Virus record (IMG/VR): IMGVR_UViG_3300042691_039521
Location: 16,528-80,527 of that record
DNA length: 64,000 nt
Strand: one strand, 5' to 3'
Origin: a virus
Shown one piece after another: positions 49,901-58,226 of the stretch. The notes under the pieces are model-generated. The model searched no databases. It saw only the letters and a program-made list of their open reading frames with translations, and was not told where the DNA came from. The position numbers and the translations under genes were made by a program. How positions within the stretch are numbered: the stretch's first letter is position 1; every line of letters starts with the position of its first letter.

Positions 49901-51641
49901 TAATGAAGATGGAACCTATACAAGAGTTGAAACAACTGGCTCTGGGGAAAATATTTCATTCCCAGAAGGGGCTGAACCGTTCATTCCGATAATCCATGAA
50001 TCATCTAATCTAATGGATCACTCAGTAACGTTATCAAGTAGTGACTATAGATCTGAAATTATTATTGGTACGGATATTCCGTCACCAAAGGATGCTTCTC
50101 GTACCGGATTCATTAGGTATACTCCACCTATTGCAACTCAAATGTATGGATCAACTCCGGTTATGAGAAACATTCTTCGTCCAGCAATTTGGATTTCTCA
50201 ATTATTTGAGAATGAAGAAGAGCGCAAGTTGATGGCCGAACTTATAGCTATCCACTCATGGTTTGCTTCGCGTAGTGGGTCAACAACGATTGTTGCCAAC
50301 CCAGCTATTAATCTTGGTGATCAGATTAGAATTATTGAACGCAATACTTCTGAAACGTATATTCATCTTGTGCGCTCTATTAGTTCAAGTATGGACTTGA
50401 ATAGCGGTGTGTACACCATGAGCCTTGAAACTAATTGGTTAGGAGATGCCGATAACTGGGTCTTAGTCGCTAATTCAGGAGCTAGGGAGGAATATTTGGT
50501 CTATCTAAATTCTTTATTAGAGGAAGAGACTCCGGGTTCCGAAGATTATATTGCAATACAAAAGAAAATTAGTGCAGTTGAAAATGGCGACTATCCTTAT
50601 ATAGTCATTTCTGAACGACTGAATTCGTGGCAGTCATATACTCAACGAGGCTTAATTACTTCTACCGGAAAACTAGATGAACCAATTCTAACTATTTCTG
50701 GAGAATTTGGTGCCCGTTCTACTGTAGCCGGCACTCTCGGAGAAATGACAGTTATTGGCGACTCTATGACGACCTGGGATTCCACTTTTAACGGTCTTCT
50801 TGGAACGCCAACAAATAATAATTGGTCCCAAATATTAGATGGTACAGTTGTTGGTACACTTAAGCGAGATGCTGTTCCCGGTGCTACGACTACTTATATG
50901 AGAAACAATCTGACACTTACTCCAGAAACGACTGATGCTCTAGTTGTTTTCTTTGGAGCCAATGACCAGAATACATCTTTATCTGGCGTATCTGTTGAGG
51001 AGTTTAAGGACAATCTAATTTGGTTCTTTGAACAGTTCCCGGCATCTAGAAAACTTGTTGTGTTCCCATGGCGTTGGAATGGTTATCCACCTGGCGAGCC
51101 AGATCCAGCACCAACCGAAGAAGAGTATACTTCTTATCGTAATGCGGCAGAAGATGCTGCTACCGAGGTCGGGGCAGCATTTTTAGACCTTGGATCTTAT
51201 GTAAGTAATCCTCCAACTGGTTATATATTAGATCAGATACACCCCAATACCGCTGGCCATCAGTTGATCGCTGATGCGATAGGTGATATAATTAATATTC
51301 CAATTGACTCTACTAATAATTGGACCTTTAGCGGTTCGATATCAGCCATTAATAAAGTTACTGATGTTATTGTTTCCATGGATTCAATTTCTGATATCTT
51401 ATTCAAAGATGTTTTCTTTAACTTATATTCTGGCGGAGACTTAGTTCAGTCTATTCCAATCCCGGCTCAGGGTTATAGATTTAATTTAGGAGATTTAGGA
51501 TATGATGATACAACGACATCTTATACTTACAGAATCACCGGTGTCGCCAAAAGTAACGGTAATGGTATGATTAAACTTTCATTTAATTCCCCAACTGCTA
51601 CTGGCTCTACAGTTGAAGATACAATTGTGGTGGTGAAATAA
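46941..51641 (+). CDS. Tail hub/Tal-like minor tail protein with beta-propeller insert and SGNH hydrolase domain
   Basis: Hub-like segments (CTDIGRILLDQ; IKELAEVVGY.F..EDG; ANPAINLGDQIRI); six GYW/GFW...FGDA repeats; GDS, FFGAND, DQIHPN. Confidence 0.75.
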   Translation: MKYIPELFEKATSGNFLGNRAANGRVTVEPNWKIQETAPIYGNSIRGPFRYYTDGNPEEYEVPAIQNIQWNRSFGQDLGTAQITIYNSWHNLNNEDPEMTDKIGKPGYFWPRRGEGDSFLTWKQNPGKGAYKKDGTWDPNFSWKDILVPDALLRTYEGWGGKPTDGGYVSVDQNITDKNITITGVWIINSVTAGSLGTMVLDCTDIGRILLDQIVFPPIIPGSLYPLEYYPDGKSPFDSPWGPKVKGKFTRIRDPRDTSGRWMEVSSSPASKGAVAVKPGASSNQSDSTVYPTYSTEEAIDGNWSTYALSNAYSTPDGNGANPNTVWFEFTVGAGMDSISFKPWAGGYTCYISAYQDTNPRNPTGTNVWKGDDVIPADGDMAINYVKKVNVPMQLPDNNENVMEVFFSDEHFPESNETPLPSTLYPHKIRLTFQHLYYSHIPDNAGNRYRAGIRDLTVYRTGKDVSPFSTDFEALPWTFCMTSHPTRGYWIVDKEGWVYGFGDAADYDSDAFGAVPIEAYGGTWEFLGTTGRTNRAVAIESHPDGKGYWVMDWFGHIWAYGSAEHHGQHAVPDPFVNFFEASKVSARGLAITPSGEGYWVLYSNGIVRGFGDASPKYAAIPNTDVSIFMQEYLKIHYSNHPGYMSYNVNLKGTAIASHPKKMGFWVTDGSGQVFPFGAAARYGGLINRVYSKGLAGQFKLQDLEWATTIESTPSGEGYWIAFGSGRVAGFGDAKKLGKDPYIVNDLQIPTTGVVPPGPNTTPSIVGGDPHDLVYKRELREFPTRPGGPNGTQFYWNGQWWDDAPITYPENKNAPKDSGNILTNPETMDYSFFRNILWGLARDPNGNGFWGLTASGEVIPHNADFWGKPGYDGATGFRWKEGNFDGDYAQIVKDILRWAGFLFYDPDIDGDTEPSVLGRIEGTGIKTDTTLEGDKFDKKTLIDVIKELAEVVGYTFRIAEDGSVIFESPNWWRSGNFDEDGQPIYVIYNEDGTYTRVETTGSGENISFPEGAEPFIPIIHESSNLMDHSVTLSSSDYRSEIIIGTDIPSPKDASRTGFIRYTPPIATQMYGSTPVMRNILRPAIWISQLFENEEERKLMAELIAIHSWFASRSGSTTIVANPAINLGDQIRIIERNTSETYIHLVRSISSSMDLNSGVYTMSLETNWLGDADNWVLVANSGAREEYLVYLNSLLEEETPGSEDYIAIQKKISAVENGDYPYIVISERLNSWQSYTQRGLITSTGKLDEPILTISGEFGARSTVAGTLGEMTVIGDSMTTWDSTFNGLLGTPTNNNWSQILDGTVVGTLKRDAVPGATTTYMRNNLTLTPETTDALVVFFGANDQNTSLSGVSVEEFKDNLIWFFEQFPASRKLVVFPWRWNGYPPGEPDPAPTEEEYTSYRNAAEDAATEVGAAFLDLGSYVSNPPTGYILDQIHPNTAGHQLIADAIGDIINIPIDSTNNWTFSGSISAINKVTDVIVSMDSISDILFKDVFFNLYSGGDLVQSIPIPAQGYRFNLGDLGYDDTTTSYTYRITGVAKSNGNGMIKLSFNSPTATGSTVEDTIVVVK

Positions 51642-53167
51642 TGAGTGATAGAATAAGAAGAATCCAGCCAGTAGGTGGATTTCGTCCCGTCAATAGTTCA
51701 GACGTTGCTGCGGCGGCTAATAGACTTAGAAGAACGCAATCTACGATACAAACAAGAATGTCAGACCTTCAAAGTGCTGCCGCTGATGTGACGGTCGTGA
51801 GTTGTAAAATACCAGTGAACAATACCGGGGAAACAGAAGTAACTTTTATGTTCCCCGTGAAGTTTTCAGATATTCCATCTGTTGTATTTGGCTTCCAAAA
51901 CCAAACAACTCCTATAGCTGGGCAGGCTCCGTTATTCTCTGCTTCTGTTTTGCATTGGCACACAGAAGATCGACTTCCGTTTTCTAGATTATATACCGGG
52001 GCAACTTTCCTGATTGTATCCGAGGCAACCCCCGGTTATTCTTATGTGTGTAATGCTACTATTACGGGTGTTGCTTTTTCTGGTCCGACCACTGAAGACA
52101 TGACCAATGCAGACCCCATTTCTTATCCACCAACCCCAGAAGAGGGTGATTTGATTATGGGATTTTCTGCTTCGTCCTTGTCCGGAACGTCCCCAGCAGA
52201 AATATCATTTACTGATGACTCGGAATCAGATGGAACTATTGTTTCTAGAATTTGGGATTTCGGTGACGGATATGCCACTTCGGGTGACAGTAGCCCTTCT
52301 CACACATACGGTTCTGCGGGTACATATCCAGCTACGCTTACGATTACTGACTCTTTAGGTAACACAGATTCAATATCTGAAAATGTTGTTATCTCTGGTC
52401 CAGCAGATTCGCCAGGAGCTTCTTCATTCCATCTTTGGTGGCACAATATGAATAACACCTATGATGAAGTATCTGTAAAGATTAGGGTGACAGATCCGCC
52501 TGTTGGTGATCCACTTTATTTCTGGGCTTTACAGGTGGAGTTTACGGATTCAGATGATGACGAGATTCTATCGGGCGCTCACGTTGGGCTACAGTCTTGG
52601 AATGGATCAGATTATCCCAATGGTCGTGCCGTGAATTGGGGTGGTTATATTAGTGACGCTGGACAGGCCCAATTTGGTCCCGGTCTGCCATCCGAATTAG
52701 TTGGATCTACATCAGATCTGCCTTCAGCAGAAGGAAATGTCAATACTCGTAATTATAATTGGTCAAGCGCTAAAACATATAGATTGCATATCTTTAAGGT
52801 TGCAAATGAGCCGGGTCAACCAGCCGGTACAACTAGGTGGCGTGCTCAGATCAATGACTTAACTTTGGCAACAGCAACAACAATTCGTGACATATATGCT
52901 TATGGTGATCGCATTACAGGTATTTCAATGTGGTCTGAGATTTTTGCTGCCTGCTCTGCCGAGTCGGTTAGTGTAAAGTGGTCTGAACCATGGGCAGAGA
53001 TTTATGGAACTTCTACAAAAGAATATCCTGATGAGTTTTATGTAACCTATCAATCCCATGCATCTGGTGGCTGCCATAATACCAACTCATATTATGATGG
53101 AACTGGATTTGTTCAGAAGACATTAACTACAAGAATTACTCCGCACGATTCATTTATTACTATTTGA
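51641..53167 (+). CDS. Minor tail / receptor-binding protein with PKD domain
   Basis: FTDDS...WDFGDG...PSHTYGSAGTY...LTITDSLG (PKD); Trp-rich lectin-like C-domain. Confidence 0.75.
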   Translation: MSDRIRRIQPVGGFRPVNSSDVAAAANRLRRTQSTIQTRMSDLQSAAADVTVVSCKIPVNNTGETEVTFMFPVKFSDIPSVVFGFQNQTTPIAGQAPLFSASVLHWHTEDRLPFSRLYTGATFLIVSEATPGYSYVCNATITGVAFSGPTTEDMTNADPISYPPTPEEGDLIMGFSASSLSGTSPAEISFTDDSESDGTIVSRIWDFGDGYATSGDSSPSHTYGSAGTYPATLTITDSLGNTDSISENVVISGPADSPGASSFHLWWHNMNNTYDEVSVKIRVTDPPVGDPLYFWALQVEFTDSDDDEILSGAHVGLQSWNGSDYPNGRAVNWGGYISDAGQAQFGPGLPSELVGSTSDLPSAEGNVNTRNYNWSSAKTYRLHIFKVANEPGQPAGTTRWRAQINDLTLATATTIRDIYAYGDRITGISMWSEIFAACSAESVSVKWSEPWAEIYGTSTKEYPDEFYVTYQSHASGGCHNTNSYYDGTGFVQKTLTTRITPHDSFITI

Positions 53168-53174
53168 GGTAACT

Positions 53175-53567
53175 ATGACTAGATATATTAACACCGAAGT
53201 AAGCACACCTAGTAATTCAGTGGCTAGAAAAAGACCTGATGCAATTATCCCACCATTTGGTTTTGTGGGAAGATTAAAGGCAGGGGCATCTGGCTATTTT
53301 CAGCCAACAAGAAATATGATGATAACAGGTGGTTCAATATCTTCTAATGGCGATGGTGAATTACCTTGTCTTTTTAGCATCTTAAAAAAGGAACCTTTCA
53401 TTGAACAGCCTGTTTTGATTGGTGGGGAAACATTGAATGAACTTGATAAGAAAGTGCTATTTTCGATGGAAGCTTTGGTTACGCCATATGATAATATTTT
53501 TGTTGTCGCATGGGCTAATTCGTATCATAGTGGTGTTACGATACAGCTTGTTGGGGTCCAAATATGA
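53175..53567 (+). CDS. Minor tail protein / hypothetical
   Basis: 130 aa, beta-rich, in the tail-tip operon. Confidence 0.5.
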   Translation: MTRYINTEVSTPSNSVARKRPDAIIPPFGFVGRLKAGASGYFQPTRNMMITGGSISSNGDGELPCLFSILKKEPFIEQPVLIGGETLNELDKKVLFSMEALVTPYDNIFVVAWANSYHSGVTIQLVGVQI

Positions 53568-54880
53568 CGGTTGGTTTCTACCCCGCTAAAAGTTTAGAAC
53601 GTTTACAGATACCAATCGACTACGAACCACCAGCCGGGTGGTCAGCTTCTGATTTCTTGGCTTGGGAGGGAAGTCTTGTTGATGATTATTTTGACGGTAA
53701 TACTGTTACTTTTGCTTATAGAGATTTTTATTTTTATTTAACAAATGACGCATATGCTGGTTCTGGTTTTACCCCTGGGTCTATTACTTGGATTGGCCCA
53801 AATAATTCTGGGAACCTTGGGTATGATGGATTGACAAATACCGGAACTACCGGTGGTGCATATTTTATTGATTGCCCTAGCAGCGACTCTATTATTTCTG
53901 AATATTCTTATACAAGAACTAGATTGAGAATTCCTAAAACCGGTACTCATGTAGTTTCTTATAAATATATTGATAACGTCACAGAAATAGAGCATTTTGT
54001 TCATTTGGTATTTCATGCAAAGATGCGAGAAGAAGATGATTTCCCAGAGGTTAGAGTTTGTTTTGGTAATCAGATTCCGGTAAGTGGATATGATGTTGGT
54101 TTAGGTCCAGCCCCTCCTGGCGGGTGGGAGTTTCTTGTAGATGTAACAACTCCATTAGAACTGTCGGGTGGCGAACCTGTAGATAGATCTGAAATTCTTT
54201 GGGCCGACCTTGAAGAGTGGCATTTAAATAATGGTGGCCCGCCTAAGCCTGGGGTTAATTATTCTACCGTGAGCGCTCCATGCATATCTATTTGTGCTAA
54301 GATAGCTCCGCAAGAACAACCATTTGGTTCAAATATTGTTCCTAGGTTTTTCTTTTCTAAAGGAGTTCAGGGTTGTCGTGATTGGCTGGAAACCGAACTT
54401 TACCCTTATTCATTAGGCTCATTGACTCCACCTGGGGTCGATGATATTTCCGATGATTGGTTTTTATCCGGTAATAGAACTGTCCCAACCGGACCATTAG
54501 GACTTGGACCATTACAGGCTTCTAATTTATTAAAGTTTAATAATCAGTTTTTTCATTATCCATACATCGTCATGAATTCTGCTCCTGGGGGAGTTGAGAT
54601 TGGTAATGGTTGGTGGCAATATGCAGCCATTCCAATCAAACCCAACCTTGATGACGTCATGGACCCAGACGAGGGAGCTTATGAGATGAGGTTCCACACC
54701 TATTTTCAGAGTTTATCTTCTCCATACAGCACGCCAGCTAGCTTAAATAATAAAAAGCAAGCTCCTTGGAGTTTATTTATAACTCCTTGGGATAAGATTG
54801 GAAAAACATTTACGTTAGGGTCTGCTAATCAAGCACCCGGTTGGCTTATAGGTATGATTCCAATTTTTGGTGTCGGCTAG
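53564..54880 (+). CDS. Putative virion protein / hypothetical
   Basis: 438 aa, Pro/Gly/aromatic rich, last gene of the tail operon. Confidence 0.5.
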   Translation: MTVGFYPAKSLERLQIPIDYEPPAGWSASDFLAWEGSLVDDYFDGNTVTFAYRDFYFYLTNDAYAGSGFTPGSITWIGPNNSGNLGYDGLTNTGTTGGAYFIDCPSSDSIISEYSYTRTRLRIPKTGTHVVSYKYIDNVTEIEHFVHLVFHAKMREEDDFPEVRVCFGNQIPVSGYDVGLGPAPPGGWEFLVDVTTPLELSGGEPVDRSEILWADLEEWHLNNGGPPKPGVNYSTVSAPCISICAKIAPQEQPFGSNIVPRFFFSKGVQGCRDWLETELYPYSLGSLTPPGVDDISDDWFLSGNRTVPTGPLGLGPLQASNLLKFNNQFFHYPYIVMNSAPGGVEIGNGWWQYAAIPIKPNLDDVMDPDEGAYEMRFHTYFQSLSSPYSTPASLNNKKQAPWSLFITPWDKIGKTFTLGSANQAPGWLIGMIPIFGVG

Positions 54881-54883
54881 AAT

Positions 54884-54912
54884 TTGACTTTTAATTTTAC
54901 CTGTGTTAAACT
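54884..54912 (+). promoter_or_regulatory. sigma70/sigmaA-type (early) promoter of the replication module
   Basis: TTGACT (54884-54889), 17 nt spacer, TAAACT (54907-54912), TGTG extended -10; same architecture as 179-207. Confidence 0.75.
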
Positions 54913-54931
54913 TCTTTATGAAAGGAGTTGA

Positions 54932-55378
54932 ATGACACTTTTTGAAAAATTACAGAAAAGATTATCAAACACCCCAGAACAAATAGAAAAAATCATCTAT
55001 ATTTTAGAGAAGTATAATTTGCGTATTAACATACGCTGCTTTGATCAATATGGTTTAGTTTTATTTGATGAACGAAGAAAAACCGTAAGGATAGTTTTCG
55101 GAGAAAAGGGACAAACTCTGATAAAAATAGAACCCTTTTATGCTGATATTGGTATCATCTATATTGGAGAGCTATTAGCTGGGTGGATAGAGAAATCTAA
55201 AATTGAGATTGATGGATCATTATGGTTTATAGATCCACAAACCCTACATAAAATGCCTAAAGAATTTCTGTTTAAACAGGAATGTCCACATATGGACATA
55301 TATGGTGGTTTAAGTGACGGGGAATACTGGGAATGTTTAGGATGTGGTGAAAGGTTAGTGTTCAGTGAAAACATCTAG
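54932..55378 (+). CDS. Hypothetical protein with C-terminal Zn-ribbon
   Basis: CPH...WECLGCG. Confidence 0.6.
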   Translation: MTLFEKLQKRLSNTPEQIEKIIYILEKYNLRINIRCFDQYGLVLFDERRKTVRIVFGEKGQTLIKIEPFYADIGIIYIGELLAGWIEKSKIEIDGSLWFIDPQTLHKMPKEFLFKQECPHMDIYGGLSDGEYWECLGCGERLVFSENI

Positions 55379-55610
55379 TAGTAAAGAATTTAGAGCTTTG
55401 ATGAGATTCTTGCGCGAACGTAATGAAATCTCAGCACGCTCTCTTTCCGAGAAGTCGGGTGTTTCATTATCATATGTTTCAAAGATGGAAAAGGGAGATG
55501 TGACTCCAACTGTGGAGGTTTTTTCAAAAATTATTTCAAACCTCAATGTTTCTAATGCTGAACTAATTTATCTTATTCGCATTTTAGCTGATACAACAGA
55601 GGGAGAATAA
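55365..55610 (+). CDS. XRE-family transcriptional regulator
   Basis: LRERNEISARSLSEKSGVSLSYVSKMEKGDVTPTVEVFSKI. Confidence 0.85.
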   Translation: MKTSSSKEFRALMRFLRERNEISARSLSEKSGVSLSYVSKMEKGDVTPTVEVFSKIISNLNVSNAELIYLIRILADTTEGE

Positions 55611-55611
55611 C

Positions 55612-56436
55612 ATCAAATTTAGCGCATCTCAATTAAAATCTTGGCAGAACTGTGCTTTACAAACAAAGTATAATTATATTGATGAGCAGGTAAAACCACG
55701 AAGTCTTGGTTCTGCAGCAATGTTTGGGTCTGCCGTTCACGAAGCAATTGATCGTTGGCATAAAGGCGCCACCGAAGATGAAGCAATTGAAATATTTGAA
55801 TATGAAATGACAAAACAGGAACCAGATTATTGGAACCGCATGACGACACTTACGGGATATCTTGATCAAGGGCCACGTATGATCAGTGAGTATATTGCCG
55901 CTAGAGAGTGGGCTTACTCTGATGTGATAGCTTCGGAGTTCCGTTTCATGGTCGATATAGGCGAGCATCAGTTGAGTGGTATTGTTGACCTCATGGAGTT
56001 ACCTCATGATCATTCAGCCTTAGATATTGTTGATCTTAAAACGGGTAAACGACCAATCCTCGACACATTACACCTAGATATTCAGTTCACTATTTATCAA
56101 TGGAGTACATATCAAAAAGAGTTTTGGTGTGGGCATCCTGATGAGCCAGATAAGTACACTGGCTTTGAGAATGGCGAAGAACTTTTTGAATACTTCCAGA
56201 AAATTCCACGTAGAGGATGGTGGTATGACCTCAAAAAAGGTGATCGGGTATATGTTGGAGATAGAACAGCCAGGGATTTTGGTAGACTCTATAGACTTAT
56301 AGAACAGGTTGCTAGAGCAATCGAATATGAAGTTTTTATTCCAACTATAAATGGTGATACTTGTACGTGGTGCGAACATACTGATATTTGTCCGGTTTAT
56401 TTTGAGAGAGAAAATAATGCCGAGCCTGAATATTAA
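55612..56436 (+). CDS. RecB/Cas4-like PD-(D/E)XK exonuclease with Fe-S staple
   Basis: FSASQLKSWQNC (upstream of the track's ATG 55720), GSAVH, SE, LSGIVD, IVDLKTG, QF.IY, CTWCEHTDIC; start probably a non-canonical ATC at 55612. Confidence 0.8.
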   Translation: MKFSASQLKSWQNCALQTKYNYIDEQVKPRSLGSAAMFGSAVHEAIDRWHKGATEDEAIEIFEYEMTKQEPDYWNRMTTLTGYLDQGPRMISEYIAAREWAYSDVIASEFRFMVDIGEHQLSGIVDLMELPHDHSALDIVDLKTGKRPILDTLHLDIQFTIYQWSTYQKEFWCGHPDEPDKYTGFENGEELFEYFQKIPRRGWWYDLKKGDRVYVGDRTARDFGRLYRLIEQVARAIEYEVFIPTINGDTCTWCEHTDICPVYFERENNAEPEY

Positions 56437-56602
56437 TCTAATTATGCGTCCCAAAACTATTCAGGTTGGTCCAGGGGGGTATCTTGTTTCAGTTTTTATT
56501 GAAGATCAACTTGCTTTTTCTCTGCCAACATTATATAATAGTTATGATGAAGCAAGAGAAGCAACTCTTGAATATATGTATGAAAGGTTAAAGAGTGACT
56601 GA
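56417..56602 (+). CDS. Hypothetical protein
   Basis: ATG 56417 (61 aa), overlaps both neighbours. Confidence 0.5.
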   Translation: MPSLNINLIMRPKTIQVGPGGYLVSVFIEDQLAFSLPTLYNSYDEAREATLEYMYERLKSD

Positions 56603-57518
56603 AAAATTATTGGTCGAATTTAGTGGTAAGAAAGATTTAACACCATATGTACGAATGCTTTTAGCTGGAGAGGCTGGTTCAGGCAAAACAGAATATGCTC
56701 TGACTGCCCCTAATCCCATATGGGCATCAGCGTATCCAGATAAAGTTGCTTTAGCGAAAGCAACAAATACAAGATATGTTAATATTAATAATGAACAAGA
56801 TCTTTTATTGCTTCATAAAGCTTTGAAAGAAGAATTAATTGAAGCTGAAACTGTTGTCATTGACCGTGTAGATGAAATTCAAAGACGAATGTTCATCAAC
56901 AGAATGATTACAGAAAAAAGAGATTTTCTAAAAAATGATGACTGGAACTGGATGGAAGCTAAGCTCAATCAAATTGCTAAGGGCTTCTGCGATTTAGAAA
57001 TCAATGTGATCTTCATCTGTCAGACACGAGATGTCGGTGGTTTCGATGGACAAGATTTTATTACCAAACCAGATATCCAGGGTGGTTTTGCTCAAGATAT
57101 TTATTCTTATGTAGATTATGCTTTACATTTGGAAAGAAATTTGAGTGAGGTAGAAGTTCGAAATGTTTTTGAAGAAGTTGGAACTGATAAGGTTTTATTT
57201 GAAAACATTTCTTTAGAAATACTTGGTCCACAGTTAAGAACTGTACCATCTGTCAGATATCCTTGGATCTTTGATAGAACAAAAACTTTAGACACCTTTA
57301 CTTCTGCTGATAGCTATGATATAATAACTGAGGCCAGAAAAAATATGGTGATTGAAGAGGGAAGCGATCCACTAGAAATAGTGTTTCAACCAATAGAAGA
57401 TGGTGAGCGTAAAGATACTTCTATTCCCGGCATGTCTAAAGCAGACAAGCTTAATAAAATTCTAAATAAAAGCACACAAAATCAAAAGGAGCATAATGCC
57501 AGCATTAACAGCAAGTAA
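56595..57518 (+). CDS. AAA_24 / Sak4-like ATPase (recombinase)
   Basis: Walker A GEAGSGKT, Walker B TVVID, NVIFICQ, KPDIQG. Confidence 0.8.
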   Translation: MTEKLLVEFSGKKDLTPYVRMLLAGEAGSGKTEYALTAPNPIWASAYPDKVALAKATNTRYVNINNEQDLLLLHKALKEELIEAETVVIDRVDEIQRRMFINRMITEKRDFLKNDDWNWMEAKLNQIAKGFCDLEINVIFICQTRDVGGFDGQDFITKPDIQGGFAQDIYSYVDYALHLERNLSEVEVRNVFEEVGTDKVLFENISLEILGPQLRTVPSVRYPWIFDRTKTLDTFTSADSYDIITEARKNMVIEEGSDPLEIVFQPIEDGERKDTSIPGMSKADKLNKILNKSTQNQKEHNASINSK

Positions 57519-57999
57519 TTCAAATTCAAATCCTCAAACCGGTTTTGATACAAAAACAAAAGATGATTTTCCAGCTATTCCACCCGGCACCTATGACGCC
57601 GAGGTTGCGAGAATCGAATATCGCACGAAGGAAGATGTTCTAAAAAAGAGAGAAGAAACAGGCAAGGGTTTTTGGCCTGACTGGAAGACCTATGATGCAG
57701 AGATTGCTATCGGATTCCGTATCACTAATGGCGAATACAAAGGTCGTTGGTTCTTCGGTGACACCGAAGCAGATTTTTCCATGGGGTCAAAGCTCCGTAT
57801 TTGGGTAAGCCAACTTCTCGGTTTTAAGATTCCAGATGACTTCGTTTTTGATACCGACGAACTGGAAGACTATGAGGGTCTTGATTGTCGAATTAAGCTG
57901 AAAAGATTCACTAACAAGAAGGGTGTAGAAAAGAACTCTATTGTCGAGGTCCTCTCTTCAGAGGGCGCAAACTACGATGATGCTGATGGAATTTTCTGA
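57496..57999 (+). CDS. Single-stranded DNA-binding protein (DUF669-like)
   Basis: F.AIPPGTYDAEV, FRI..GEYKGR..F, acidic/aromatic C-tail DDADGIF; follows the Sak4-like ATPase. Confidence 0.7.
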   Translation: MPALTASNSNSNPQTGFDTKTKDDFPAIPPGTYDAEVARIEYRTKEDVLKKREETGKGFWPDWKTYDAEIAIGFRITNGEYKGRWFFGDTEADFSMGSKLRIWVSQLLGFKIPDDFVFDTDELEDYEGLDCRIKLKRFTNKKGVEKNSIVEVLSSEGANYDDADGIF

Positions 58000-58009
58000 T
58001 CCACAGAAC

Positions 58010-58151
58010 AGTAGGGTGGGTGCCCCTTCCAATGGTATGAATCATTCTACCGTTGGGAGGGTAACTCCTACTAATGCTTGGTGGGATGACTCTAAACCAA
58101 ACAAGAGATTGTATGGTTCTAAGGGTGAAGTCCTAATTGATATTCCAAGCA
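58010..58151 (+). ncRNA. Candidate structured non-coding RNA (two long hairpins)
   Basis: Stem CCCTTCCAATGGTA/TACCGTTGGGAGGG inside AGTAGG/CCTACT; second domain TGCTTGG/CCAAGCA enclosing AACCA/TGGTT and ACAA-GAGA-TTGT (GNRA loop). Confidence 0.5.
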
Positions 58152-58177
58152 GAGAAATAGGTTTCAAAAAGAGGTGA

Positions 58178-58213
58178 GATAAAGGGTCCCTCACAGGACC
58201 CTTTATCCTATTT
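58178..58213 (+). terminator. Strong hairpin (terminator or processing site) before primase-helicase
   Basis: GATAAAGGGTCC-CTCACA-GGACCCTTTATC, a perfect 12-bp stem. Confidence 0.65.
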
Positions 58214-58226
58214 AGAAAGGTTATCA

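Noticed and set aside
55612-56436. Cas4-like gene as part of a CRISPR-Cas system
   Set aside because: No cas1/cas2 or array; the Sak4-like ATPase and SSB context marks a phage recombination module
58010-58151. tRNA gene
   Set aside because: No cloverleaf, TTCGA T-loop or CCA end; no tRNA recognised anywhere in the window by eye
57941-58177. 78-aa + strand ORF (and 58042-58227 on the - strand) across the intergenic gap
   Set aside because: Overlaps the SSB end out of frame, has no RBS and no recognisable motif; RNA structure explains the region better
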